Shown here one piece after another: positions 31,630 to 43,545 of a stretch of DNA of 64,000 bases. The notes beneath the pieces were generated by a model. The model did not search any database, was not told the DNA's origin, and saw only the letters and a list, made by a program, of their open reading frames with translations. How positions within the stretch are numbered: the stretch's first letter is position 1; the number at the start of each line of letters is the position of its first letter. Source of the DNA: Pachysolen tannophilus NRRL Y-2460 (Eukaryota); assembly GCA_001661245.1 (NCBI GenBank), contig KV454018.1, positions 631,569 through 695,568 of the forward strand, written 5' to 3'. The position numbers were made by a program, and so were the translations under genes.

Positions 31630-34600
31630 ATGAGTATAGCACAATCATCGTTACCTTCGCTAACCATATACAACTCCTTGACGGGGGCTAAGGTGGTGGT
31701 TAGTTCTTATAAGTTTAATACTTTGGACTCGTTGAAAGAATATATATCGGGGGTTTTCGGTATACCGCGTGGAATGCTTTTCATCCTTACGCCTTTTGGA
31801 ATTAAATTAAAATTTTCAATGCTTTTACATGATCAAGTTAGTGAATTATATGTTTTTGATAGAAAGATTTTTAATTTGAATAATAACAATGATGGTAAGA
31901 TAAATGGTAATGAACTGGTGATGAGTGAATTGAAAAAATTGGATCCCATAAGTTTATTAAAACCAATGGAGTCACCATTATCAAGTATGGAATTTGATTC
32001 TTCAGAAAATTTAAGATCAGTTTTAAATGTTCTAAAGAGAAATTCTGGTTGGGCGGCTCTGTTATTATCGGATTTTAAAAAAACAAGAGATGGAGGTAGA
32101 GATGAATTTTTGCAAGATAGTATAAATATAATCTTAATTTCATTAAATGTTTTAATCCAATATTTATCTTTAAGTTTTAAAACACTTGAAAAAAATTTTA
32201 ATAATTCAATTGATCAATTGATAATATTACAAGAAAATTCTTTAAATCAATCATGGGAATTACATTATAATAAATTAAATAATATTTCATTTATATCATC
32301 AAATGGATTGAAAATAAGTTTATCAGATTTAATTGATAAAAGAGAATTATCACATTGTTCAAAATCATCCATGAAATTGATGAATGAGATTAATGAATTG
32401 TTATTATCATTAAGAAAACAAATTGATACTGGTATTATTAAAGAAAGGAATGAATTAAGTGGTGATTATAAACTTCTTCAAAAAAATTATCTGTATAACG
32501 TTGATAAAAAAAAAATTAACACTAATGATAATGATATCAACATTGACATTGACATTGACATTAAAGATGATGGGAAACCTTCAAAGTTGGAAACATTGGT
32601 CACGACAATAATAAATGAAACTAATAATTTACTCACTTGTGAACAATTTGAAAAATTATCATCTTCAAACAAAAATTCTTATAATCAAGAATTAAATAAA
32701 TTGCATCAAATTTTTATAAAGCATAAAGAATTAATAATTGAAATTTATTCAATTTCAAATGAATTATATTTAGAAAAATTAAATAAATCTTCTAAAAAAT
32801 TAATTTTACAAGAAAAATTAATAACAGAATTTTTCACAAAAATTACAAAAATACAAATAAATTTAATTACTGTTGGTAAACAAATTACAAACGAATTATC
32901 ATTAAAATTAGATGAATTAAGACATTATGAAATAAATTTATCCATAGTATTAGATTTACCTTTAATCTTTGGATTATTGATTGTTCAATTTTATAGAAAA
33001 AAAAAATGGGATAAAAATTTTGAAAAAATTTTCTTTAAAACAAATGAAATTTTTGAAATGTTAAAATTTATGGAAATAAGTAATAGAGAAAAATGGATAG
33101 ATAAATTTTATAAAAATAATTTGAATGATAGTTTATTATTAGTCAATTTAAACATGGAATCTTTTGTCAATGAAGAAATTAGTAATGTTAAAATAATGTT
33201 ATTGGATAAGAAGAATGAAAATAATAAACAATTGAAAATAGATACTACATTACAAAGAATTAACAATAATAATAATAGTAGTAACAAATTGAATAAATTG
33301 ATATCAACCATTAGTGATGCTTATCTTCAACAAAAAAGTAATACTATTACAAATTTACAATCATTTTGGTCTACTTTAGATGTTTCTAGCATTGATCAAT
33401 TGAAAAATTATATTTCAAAATTAGTTGAAAATGATATTGATCCAAAAATCATTAAAAAATTGGAAAAAAATATAATCGATTTAAATAATGAAGGAAGATT
33501 TGATATTGATGATTTAAATTTTATTAAATTTTATAAAAAATTTATTAAATGTTATGAAATTGAAGGTTTAAATATTGAAATACATCTGAAAGGAGACCAA
33601 AAAATACTTGAAAACAATATAAGTGAATCAAATTCATATTTAAAAGATACTAATAATGAATTGATTAATGGATATGAACTGAGAATTAAAAAATTGGAAA
33701 ATCTTTTACATCAACAACAATATTTAAAATTTAATCAACATTGGTCTAACAATGGACAACAAAGATTACATGAAGATAAATTCAATGAGTTCAACTCCAA
33801 AATAGAAAGCTTATCATATGAAAATTCTCAATTAATGAAACAAATCGAACTGTTAAGGCAAGAATTAAACGAACTGAAATTGAATAACGACTTGAAAGAT
33901 CAAGAGATTACAAGATTAAAAGATATTTCTCCTTCTAAAGATGATGAAAAGCTTCTGGAAATTGAAAATAATAATACTGATAAGTTGATGATAGATCAAT
34001 TAAATAAAGAAAAATTATCCCTTATCGTAGATTTAGAAAATTCAAGAACAAAAATTTCAAGTTTGGAAAAAGATAATGCTGAATTGATTGCTTCTAATAG
34101 CTCCAAAAACGATGAATTAAGAGTTAGGATTAAAGAACTTGAACTGGAAAATCAAAAATTGGTTGATCAGAATCTGGAACTCACTGAAAACAATCTGGAA
34201 TTGAATACAATGAAGACAGATTTATTAGAAAACATGTCATCCTTAACTAAAAACTATAATTTTGAAAATTCTAATAACTTGAATAAGATCAATGAGTTAA
34301 ATTTGAATATAGATTCATTATTAGCAGAACAAGATTGCTTGAATAAAGAATTAATCAAGAAACAAGAGAGTTTAAATGATAAGGAAACAGTTATCGTAAA
34401 ACTATGTTTGATCATTGATTCTATGTATTCTAAATTAAAAGCATTAAGCCAATTTTTATTTATAGATTTATCCATTTTTTGCTTGATACTAGAAAATATT
34501 GGCCTTTTGCTAGTTAAGGAAAATCAACCATTGAATGGAAATGGGGATGTCAACAATGGTGCAGATGTTGAAAAAGATGCAGTTGTCAAAATTATTAGAG

Positions 34601-35670
34601 TTAAAGGTTTAAGAAACAAGAAGCGCTTAAATCAACAGCTGCAAATACTAGACAATACTATGGATGAAATTCAGAGCGACAATGAGCAGCAAAGTAAAGA
34701 AGTTTCTTCATCAGTTGTTCATGATGCTGAAAAATATTTGTATTGGACGGACTTGTCTATTGAAAATGAAACTTGTTCCGTTAAAGAGATGGTTAGAGAT
34801 TCTATTGATTCTTTAGATGGCAATTATCATATGGGGTCCAATAACATTGACGCTGATCATGTTGATGATGCAGATCAAGAGAATAATACTGACCACAACA
34901 ATGATATTAATGAGGAAGTTCACCAAGCTGATGAGCAAGATGAAGATAGTATTACAGAATTGGATATTCATTCTAAATCATTAATTCATAAATTTTATAA
35001 CAAGTCATCGAATCTCGAAATTAACTATGAGAATTTTTTGAAAACTTGTTGTCTTTTCACTTCTACTGCTAATACTGGATTGTTGGTTAATAGTATTTCC
35101 AAGAGATTTAAAGATGTAGAGAATTTGGCTCGGAAATTATTCAAAGAAAATGCAAAACTTCTGAGTTCAAAGCAAGCTTTAGTTAATTTGAGCAAATACA
35201 AGATTTCAATTAAAAACTTTAGCGTTGATGATTTGGTTTTATTTTTACCTACAAGAGATGATTTCATCCATAATAATACTAATAATGAAAATGATAATAT
35301 TAATGGTGATGGTAAAACAGGGAAAGTTACCAATAAGGAACAACAACCTTGGGCAGCTTTTAATATAGGTGCACCTCATTTTTTCTTGAAAAACGATAAA
35401 TATATTTCGTCAAAGAAAAAACTGTTGCTGCCACAACAGGATCCTTCATCTTCTTCAACTTCTTTATCCTCATCAATCTTAGAGGAAAGTTTGGTCAAAA
35501 ATGAAAACTACGTAGATTTAACCAATAGAGATTGGTTATTGGCTCGTATCATTAAAATCAAAGAATATAAGGTTGATAATAATAGTGAAAACAATCCTTT
35601 CAAATTGAGTAATGGCATTAACTGGTATTTTGTTGAAGCAAAAGAAGAAACTTTAGAGAATATTGTTTAA
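31630..35670 (+). CDS. ATG11: Selective autophagy scaffold
   Basis: FILTPFGIKL...YVFDR N-terminus, coiled coil, NFSVDDLVLFLPTR, PWAAFNIGAPHFFL, NPFKL..G..WYFVEA. Confidence 0.92.
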   Translation: MSIAQSSLPSLTIYNSLTGAKVVVSSYKFNTLDSLKEYISGVFGIPRGMLFILTPFGIKLKFSMLLHDQVSELYVFDRKIFNLNNNNDGKINGNELVMSELKKLDPISLLKPMESPLSSMEFDSSENLRSVLNVLKRNSGWAALLLSDFKKTRDGGRDEFLQDSINIILISLNVLIQYLSLSFKTLEKNFNNSIDQLIILQENSLNQSWELHYNKLNNISFISSNGLKISLSDLIDKRELSHCSKSSMKLMNEINELLLSLRKQIDTGIIKERNELSGDYKLLQKNYLYNVDKKKINTNDNDINIDIDIDIKDDGKPSKLETLVTTIINETNNLLTCEQFEKLSSSNKNSYNQELNKLHQIFIKHKELIIEIYSISNELYLEKLNKSSKKLILQEKLITEFFTKITKIQINLITVGKQITNELSLKLDELRHYEINLSIVLDLPLIFGLLIVQFYRKKKWDKNFEKIFFKTNEIFEMLKFMEISNREKWIDKFYKNNLNDSLLLVNLNMESFVNEEISNVKIMLLDKKNENNKQLKIDTTLQRINNNNNSSNKLNKLISTISDAYLQQKSNTITNLQSFWSTLDVSSIDQLKNYISKLVENDIDPKIIKKLEKNIIDLNNEGRFDIDDLNFIKFYKKFIKCYEIEGLNIEIHLKGDQKILENNISESNSYLKDTNNELINGYELRIKKLENLLHQQQYLKFNQHWSNNGQQRLHEDKFNEFNSKIESLSYENSQLMKQIELLRQELNELKLNNDLKDQEITRLKDISPSKDDEKLLEIENNNTDKLMIDQLNKEKLSLIVDLENSRTKISSLEKDNAELIASNSSKNDELRVRIKELELENQKLVDQNLELTENNLELNTMKTDLLENMSSLTKNYNFENSNNLNKINELNLNIDSLLAEQDCLNKELIKKQESLNDKETVIVKLCLIIDSMYSKLKALSQFLFIDLSIFCLILENIGLLLVKENQPLNGNGDVNNGADVEKDAVVKIIRVKGLRNKKRLNQQLQILDNTMDEIQSDNEQQSKEVSSSVVHDAEKYLYWTDLSIENETCSVKEMVRDSIDSLDGNYHMGSNNIDADHVDDADQENNTDHNNDINEEVHQADEQDEDSITELDIHSKSLIHKFYNKSSNLEINYENFLKTCCLFTSTANTGLLVNSISKRFKDVENLARKLFKENAKLLSSKQALVNLSKYKISIKNFSVDDLVLFLPTRDDFIHNNTNNENDNINGDGKTGKVTNKEQQPWAAFNIGAPHFFLKNDKYISSKKKLLLPQQDPSSSSTSLSSSILEESLVKNENYVDLTNRDWLLARIIKIKEYKVDNNSENNPFKLSNGINWYFVEAKEETLENIV

Positions 35671-36207
35671 GTGGTGATAGGGACACAGGGAAAAGGGTTG
35701 ATTTTTTAGGAATTCATATATATATATATATATATAAATATATATATATAATCATTTAGGAAAAGAGTGGGTTTGTTTTTATTTTTGTTTTTTTTTTTTT
35801 GGCATTTTAATATATATAGGTAATAAGCATAAACATAAATAATAAGAACTATGTTAAATTAAAATGGTTGGTAAACTACTAAATAGTCTCTTTATTGAGG
35901 TCACTTGTCATGAATTATAGTAGAGATAGAAGCAGAACTATAAATTTAAAATTTATCAACCAATTGCTTTATCTGGTTTAACCCCCGGATTATGATATAC
36001 GTATCGAACCACACTTTGTCTGTTTTAGGAAATATTGTGGTTATTAAAAATAATAATATTAAAAGACTAAAAAAAATTGCTGACTTTAATCTATTCCCTC
36101 TTCTTATTACTTTAAATTTTTATATATATAATATTATAATTGAGTTATAGATAAAAATAAATATATTTTTCAAGAATCAAACAATCAGATTTATTAATTC
36201 AATTACA

Positions 36208-36518
36208 ATGGCGGAAGAAAAAAAATCATTCATCGTAAGTATACTTAATTGCGGACTTTGGTCATTCAGTAAAAGCAACAAACAATTGTACTGATCATGA
36301 AATAATTAATATAGATTACTCTCAAAGAGACTGTTAGTGACCCTGTCATTTCCAAAATCAAAGAAGGTATCAAAGCTGCTGGTGGTGAAATCAACCATGA
36401 GTACTCTTTGATTAAAGGTTTCTCTGCTAAATTGCCATCATTCCATGCTGAAACCTTGAAGAAAGATGAAAATATTGTTTCTGTCGAAGAAGACAAGGAG
36501 GTTCACATCAACAAATAA
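36208..36518 (+). CDS. PBI2: Proteinase B inhibitor (peptidase inhibitor I9), spliced: 36208-36234, 36315-36518; absent from ORF track
   Basis: MAEEKKSFI|ITLKE...AGGEINHEYSLIKGFSAKLP...VEEDKEVHINK; intron GTAAGT...TACTGAT...TAG. Confidence 0.9.
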
Positions 36519-37060
36519 TTACAATATTAAGTTGAGTATTCTTCTTTCTTTTAAACCATTTTCTATTTTTGTGTTTTTAATCTTTTTCTTCATTGTATGT
36601 GTTTTCTATGCTATGTATATTTGTACTGATAAGAAAGTATGCTGCTAGTTAATTATCTTTTATTTTTTTTTTATTCTTTAAACAATATTTTCTTTTATCA
36701 ATTGACAATAATATTTATCACCATATATCTATCTATCTCTATTATCTTTGAGAACTCTTTCCCAATTACTGCCCCTGTATTTTGTACTTTCCGTAACATC
36801 TTTGGTACCTGGTTTCTCTTGGTATTAAAGGTGAATGACGGTATTAATCATTTCTCCGATAACCAGGAATTTCCTAATTGGGAAGCGGCTGTTCTTACAT
36901 AAAATACCTGTCTTTACCACATGGACCTAAATGGATGCTTAAAGTTTTCATTCTATTCCAAGGTTCTATAAATATATAAAAAAAAAGGAATTGATTCAAA
37001 TTTTTCAAATCAGATAAATTGGCCTTTGGTTGTAGTTTATGTGTAGAAAGGTTGAAGGAA

Positions 37061-40000
37061 ATGAGTGTTGGTTACCAGCGTTTTGAGAGTGTTGATTTAA
37101 CTGGTACTAGTGATAGTTATGCCAAGTTGAATAATAATCCTCAGTTTCATGAGGTTGATCGTCTTTTTGAAGATAGATTGAGGCAGTTCATTGACAAGAA
37201 TGGTGGTTATAAAGATTTGAATTTACCAAAGTTTTATGATAGAGGGAGAATTGATAAGAAGAAGCAACATGATGATGATCAAATTTACATTGGTTTGCAG
37301 GTTTATAGTGTTCCGAATTTACAAAGACCATTGTTTAAAGAAGTTATTCCTGAAAAATTATCAGAATTTAAAAGCAGTTCAAAAGGTGATTCTTTTGGAC
37401 CAGGATGGGCAACTTTTTGGTTTCGTATTACTTTTAAGATTTCTCAAAGCTGGATTGATGCTAAACAACAGATTTTATTTGAATGGGATTGTGGGAATGA
37501 AGGTTTAATATATTCTAAAGAGGGAGTCCCTCAACAAGCTTTAACTGGTGGGGGTGAAAGAACAGAGTTTATTCTTCCTGAAAGTTGGTATATTGATGGT
37601 GAAGAACATGTTTTCTATCTTGAGATGGCTTGTAATGGTATGTCAGGAGGTGTAAACGGTGGTAGTAGATTCTCTTTAAGTAAAGCAGATTTGGTTTTAC
37701 CAAATGTAGAAGCTAGAGCTTTACATTATGATTTCTGGATATTGAGTGATGCTGCAAGAGAACTATCACTGACATCATGGCAAAAACATAAGGCTAGAAA
37801 CCTTTGTAATGAAATTATGAATCTGTTTGATCCAAATGATGAACTGACAATTAATAAATGTCGTTTTTTGGCAAAATCATTTTTAGGAAAAGATATTGAT
37901 AGTGCTAAAGTTTATGATAAGAAAGTTAAAAAAATTGATGTTTATGCAGTTGGTAATTGTCATATTGATACTGCTTGGCTTTGGCCATTTGCTGAAACAA
38001 AGCGGAAAGTTGTTAGATCTTGGACTTCTCAAATTAACTTGATGGAAAGATATCCAGAATATAAATTTGTTGCATCTCAAGCACAACAATTCCAATGGTT
38101 GAAAAAATATCATCCAGAAATTTTTTCAAAAGTTAAACTGAAAATCTCAGAAACACAATTTTTCCCAATTGGTGGAAGTTGGGTTGAAAATGATACTAAT
38201 TTACCAAGTGGAGAATCTTTAAGCAGACAATTCTTATTGGGTCAAAGATTTTTCTTGGATAATTTTGGATTTAAATCTGATACTTATTGGCTTCCAGATA
38301 CTTTTGGTTATTCTTCTCAAATCCCACAATTATGTAGATTGGCAGATATGCCTACTTTCTTAACCCAGAAACTTTCTTGGAATAATATCAATAGGTTTCC
38401 AAATACTACTTTTAACTGGGTTGCAATTGATGGATCCCAAGTTTTATGTCACATGCCTCCTGATAACACTTATACTGCATCTGCAGATTTTGGTGATGTT
38501 AAAAGATCTTTACTGCAACATACAAACTTAGGAACTGACCAAAGTGGTTTGCTTTTGTATGGTAAAGGTGATGGTGGTGGTGGTCCAACCCCAGAAATGT
38601 TGGAAAAATTACGCCGTTGTAGAGGTTTAACAAATACTGTTGACTCAGATTTGCCAGTTGTTCAAGTTGGTCCTTCAATTGAAGAATTCTATGAAAACAT
38701 CTTGAAAACTACCAATAATGGTAAGACATTACCATCTTGGAAAGGTGAGTTATATTTGGAGTATCATAGAGGTACTTATACTACTCAAGCAGAAGTTAAG
38801 AAATTTATGAGATCTACAGAATTTTTATTACATGATTTAGAATATCTTGCAACATTGGCATCTGTTCAGTATCCTGATGATTACTCTTATCCTTTGGATA
38901 CACTTCATGAAATTTGGGAAAATACTTGTCTTTGTCAATTTCACGATGTCTTACCTGGTTCTTCAATTGAAATGGTTTATAAAGATGAAGTTAAACCAAT
39001 GCTTCGTAAAAATCTTCAAAAATTGGGTAATTTGATTGAAGAAATCTTTGATATTTTTAAAGAAAAACAACAAGTGAAACAGGGTTCTACTTCAAACGGT
39101 AATGTTGTTTGTATTAATTCTTTACCATTTCCAAGATCAGGTTTATTTGAAATTTCAAATGAAAGATATGCATCGTTATCACTTGATATCAAAAACATTC
39201 AAACAGGTTACAAGAATGATAAAAATTTGGTTTATCTCGAATCAGCTAGTGATTCATATCATATAATGAAACCTATCGCTAATAGAATTAAGAATGGAGC
39301 TCAAATTAGCTATAACGAAAAGGACAAGACTTATATCTTATCTAATAGTAAATTGAAGGCCACGATCAACAGCAATGGTGTCATCACTAGCCTTGTGGAT
39401 TTAGCTAACGGTGAGAGAGAGGTTATTTCACTCTCTGACTCAGGTAGAAACACGAGAGGGGGTAATCAATTTGTAGTATTTGATGATCAGCCATTGAATT
39501 TCCCTGCTTGGGATACAGAGTTGTATTCTTTAGATAAATACAAATATTTGGAAAATCCTACAAAGATTGAAATTGTATCCGAGGGTCCATTGAGAGCTTC
39601 ATTAAAAGTTAAACACTCCATTGGTGCTGAATCATGGATTTCAACAACTATTTCTTTAGATGCTGTTAATGATGAACTGGAAAATGATAGTGGGGTTTCA
39701 TTTTTAGTTTTTGAAAATGAGGTTGAATGGCATGAAACTTACAAATTTTTAAAAGTAGAATTTCCTGTTGACATTAATTCAGACTTTGCAAGTTATGAGA
39801 CTCAATTTGGTTTGACAAAGAGAGCAACACATTTCAACACGTCATGGGAAGCAGCCAAATTTGAAGTATGTTCTCATAAATTTGCTGATTATTCTGATTT
39901 CAACTATGGTGTTTCGATCTTGAATGATTCCAAATATGGGTTCAGTATTCATGGTAATTTGATGAGATTATCTCTTTTAAGATCTCCAAAGAGTCCAGAT

Positions 40001-40501
40001 GCTACAGCAGATATGGGTCATCATGAGTTTAAATATGCGTTATATCCTCATAAAGGTTCATTGGGTGTTGACACAGTTAGAGCTGGTTATATTTTCAACG
40101 ATAGATTATCTAGCTTAAAGAAAGATGAATCAATTTTCACTCAAGGTTTAGATTCTGACATCTTCCCTCAATTAGTTGAAATCACAGGTGATTCTAATTT
40201 AATCTTATCAAACGTTAAGAGAGGAGAAGACGATGAAGGAATTTCTTCTGTTGAAACAAATTTACAAAAAAAATTTGTTGGTTCAAAAACTATTATATTA
40301 AGAGTTTACGAATCTTTAGGTGGTAAATCAAAAGGTTTCATCAATGTTGATTTACCAATTGAAAAAGTTTTCAAAGTTAATTTATTAGAAGAAGAATTAG
40401 AAGAAATTGATGTAGTAGAAGGTAAAGACGGTAAGAACGGATTTGACATCACCTTAAGAGGTTTTGAAATTGCATCTTACCGTGTTGTCTTTTCAAATTA
40501 A
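37061..40501 (+). CDS. AMS1: Vacuolar alpha-mannosidase (GH38)
   Basis: ATG 37061; GNCHIDTAWLWP, WLPDTFGYS, GDGGGGP, GELYLEYHRG, QFHDVLPGS. Confidence 0.96.
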   Translation: MSVGYQRFESVDLTGTSDSYAKLNNNPQFHEVDRLFEDRLRQFIDKNGGYKDLNLPKFYDRGRIDKKKQHDDDQIYIGLQVYSVPNLQRPLFKEVIPEKLSEFKSSSKGDSFGPGWATFWFRITFKISQSWIDAKQQILFEWDCGNEGLIYSKEGVPQQALTGGGERTEFILPESWYIDGEEHVFYLEMACNGMSGGVNGGSRFSLSKADLVLPNVEARALHYDFWILSDAARELSLTSWQKHKARNLCNEIMNLFDPNDELTINKCRFLAKSFLGKDIDSAKVYDKKVKKIDVYAVGNCHIDTAWLWPFAETKRKVVRSWTSQINLMERYPEYKFVASQAQQFQWLKKYHPEIFSKVKLKISETQFFPIGGSWVENDTNLPSGESLSRQFLLGQRFFLDNFGFKSDTYWLPDTFGYSSQIPQLCRLADMPTFLTQKLSWNNINRFPNTTFNWVAIDGSQVLCHMPPDNTYTASADFGDVKRSLLQHTNLGTDQSGLLLYGKGDGGGGPTPEMLEKLRRCRGLTNTVDSDLPVVQVGPSIEEFYENILKTTNNGKTLPSWKGELYLEYHRGTYTTQAEVKKFMRSTEFLLHDLEYLATLASVQYPDDYSYPLDTLHEIWENTCLCQFHDVLPGSSIEMVYKDEVKPMLRKNLQKLGNLIEEIFDIFKEKQQVKQGSTSNGNVVCINSLPFPRSGLFEISNERYASLSLDIKNIQTGYKNDKNLVYLESASDSYHIMKPIANRIKNGAQISYNEKDKTYILSNSKLKATINSNGVITSLVDLANGEREVISLSDSGRNTRGGNQFVVFDDQPLNFPAWDTELYSLDKYKYLENPTKIEIVSEGPLRASLKVKHSIGAESWISTTISLDAVNDELENDSGVSFLVFENEVEWHETYKFLKVEFPVDINSDFASYETQFGLTKRATHFNTSWEAAKFEVCSHKFADYSDFNYGVSILNDSKYGFSIHGNLMRLSLLRSPKSPDATADMGHHEFKYALYPHKGSLGVDTVRAGYIFNDRLSSLKKDESIFTQGLDSDIFPQLVEITGDSNLILSNVKRGEDDEGISSVETNLQKKFVGSKTIILRVYESLGGKSKGFINVDLPIEKVFKVNLLEEELEEIDVVEGKDGKNGFDITLRGFEIASYRVVFSN

Positions 40502-40599
40502 ACAACTTGAATTCAAAATTCACTTTCTTTTTTTTTACTATTATTATGAACCAACTGATGATGAACCTTATTGAATTATATATACTTGCTTTTCCTTTC

Positions 40600-40634
<35 letters not shown>

Positions 40635-40772
40635 ACTATTATTAAAATAACCCAGTACCTCTCGGGTATCTCAGGTATCAACCAATGAAATTACATCTTA
40701 CAAACTATATATGAGAACCCTCTTTTCTTACCCCTTCTTGTAAGTTTGAGACGAGTGTGAGCCCACGCCGAG

Positions 40773-40791
40773 TTACGTAATTATTGACTCA
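40773..40791 (+). promoter_or_regulatory. Adjacent bZIP sites (TTACGTAA and Gcn4-type TGACTCA) in the THI4 promoter
   Basis: TTACGTAA 40773-40780; TGACTCA 40785-40791; TATATAA near 40905. Confidence 0.55.
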
Positions 40792-41038
40792 TAGATCAGT
40801 GGTTGTTGACTTTAGCAAACCCAATTGGCCAATTCAATTGTAGTTTTGTATATTGTAAAGTACCGGATTTCTCTTTCCCATTGAAACTTGAAACACTTCA
40901 AGGTATATAAGTACCGGTTGATCTACGTTTAAACAAAAAAAATAATTTTAATTTTAGCTGATCTTAATTACTATTATTATTATCTTATATAATTAATTTT
41001 ATCTTTGCTATTTTTCATCAATTGAATCAATTGAAAAG

Positions 41039-41125
41039 GTGGGTTATGATTAAGCTTTGAAAAGAAAAGAAAAAAATAGTACAAAGCGGTATTATTATTA
41101 TTGAATATTACTAACATTATTATAG
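41039..41125 (+). other. Putative 5' UTR intron of THI4
   Basis: GTGGGT at 41039, TACTAAC 41109-41115, TAG 41123-41125. Confidence 0.55.
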
Positions 41126-41157
41126 AATAATTAATTTTTAAAATCTTTTCCAACACA

Positions 41158-42453
<1,296 letters not shown>

Positions 42454-42906
42454 GAAGATTAAAACTTGAGAAACCGAGGAAAAAGCTTTTCTTTTGGTCG
42501 GTTCATTTCTCTCTATAAAACTGAACCAGTTGAGTATATGGATTTAACTTTTTTTTTTTACTTTTACTTCTTTATACAAATAACTTCAAATATATATTGA
42601 GAGAACTTTCTCTCTTATTATCTCTATATACACATACTCTTATAAATCGTGAACTATAACTATAATCATGACAAACTTCCTTGTAGAAAGACAGAATATT
42701 TATGTCCCATTTTTTTAACACGCATAAAAGCGAGCTTATGCATCTTTTTGCGGACATTTTCCTCTTTTGGATTTATGTGGTTTACAGCGACGACCTTTTA
42801 TTTTCTTTATTTTAAAAATGTTTATGGGCGGCAATCTATGTTTCCTATAAAGTGATTTGATTGATTGATTTCCTAAAAATTGGAATTTATATATGGATTT
42901 TGGCAA

Positions 42907-43248
42907 ATGAGTTTACAGAAGATATCAGGAGAATTCCCAATAATTTTGGTGAAAAACTTGCCGTACGATATAACTTCGGAAGAGCTTTATGAATTATTTG
43001 GAAAATTTGGAAATATTTTACAGATACGAAAGGGAAACCAACCAGATACTAGAGGTTCATGTTTTATAACATATCAAAATTTAAAATCAGCTAGGTTGGC
43101 CAATGAAAAATTGAGTGGTTATAATTTTGGTGGACGATACTTAGTGGTATTGATGTATAACGTTGATAAATCAAAATTAAGAGATGAAAGTTTTACTTCT
43201 AGGAAACAAGAATTAGAAAATTTGAAAAAAATACATGGAATTGAATAA
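42907..43248 (+). CDS. SF3B6: Pre-mRNA branch-site protein p14 (SF3b14a/SF3B6)
   Basis: ATG 42907; single RRM KNLPYDITSEELYELFGKFG..QIRKGNQPDTRG...LSGYNFGGRYLVVL. Confidence 0.88.
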   Translation: MSLQKISGEFPIILVKNLPYDITSEELYELFGKFGNILQIRKGNQPDTRGSCFITYQNLKSARLANEKLSGYNFGGRYLVVLMYNVDKSKLRDESFTSRKQELENLKKIHGIE

Positions 43249-43545
43249 ATACCAATTTATTTTATATATATATATATATATTTTTAATAGGACTCAATAG
43301 GGTATATATATATAGCATGAAATCATCTGTAGATTGTAGTTGACTCTGCCTATGTGTAGTATATGATTTTCTTATCTATTTTCTCTTCTATTTCGTACAA
43401 CTGTTTGTTTTCATGTAATAACAAGAAGCAAAAAAAGGCAAAAAAAAAAAGAGGTGAAAATTTTGTAAGGGGAATTTTTCTAATACAAAACAATTTTAAG
43501 ATTATTTGAAATGAATCATATATTGAATAAACGTGTAAGGTGAAG

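Noticed and set aside
36266..36496. 76-aa minus-strand ORF
   Set aside because: Antisense to PBI2 exon 2
42700..42760. Hairpin ATGTCC/GGACAT with inner GCATAA/TTATGC, H/ACA-like
   Set aside because: Could not assign a convincing H box, second hairpin or rRNA target
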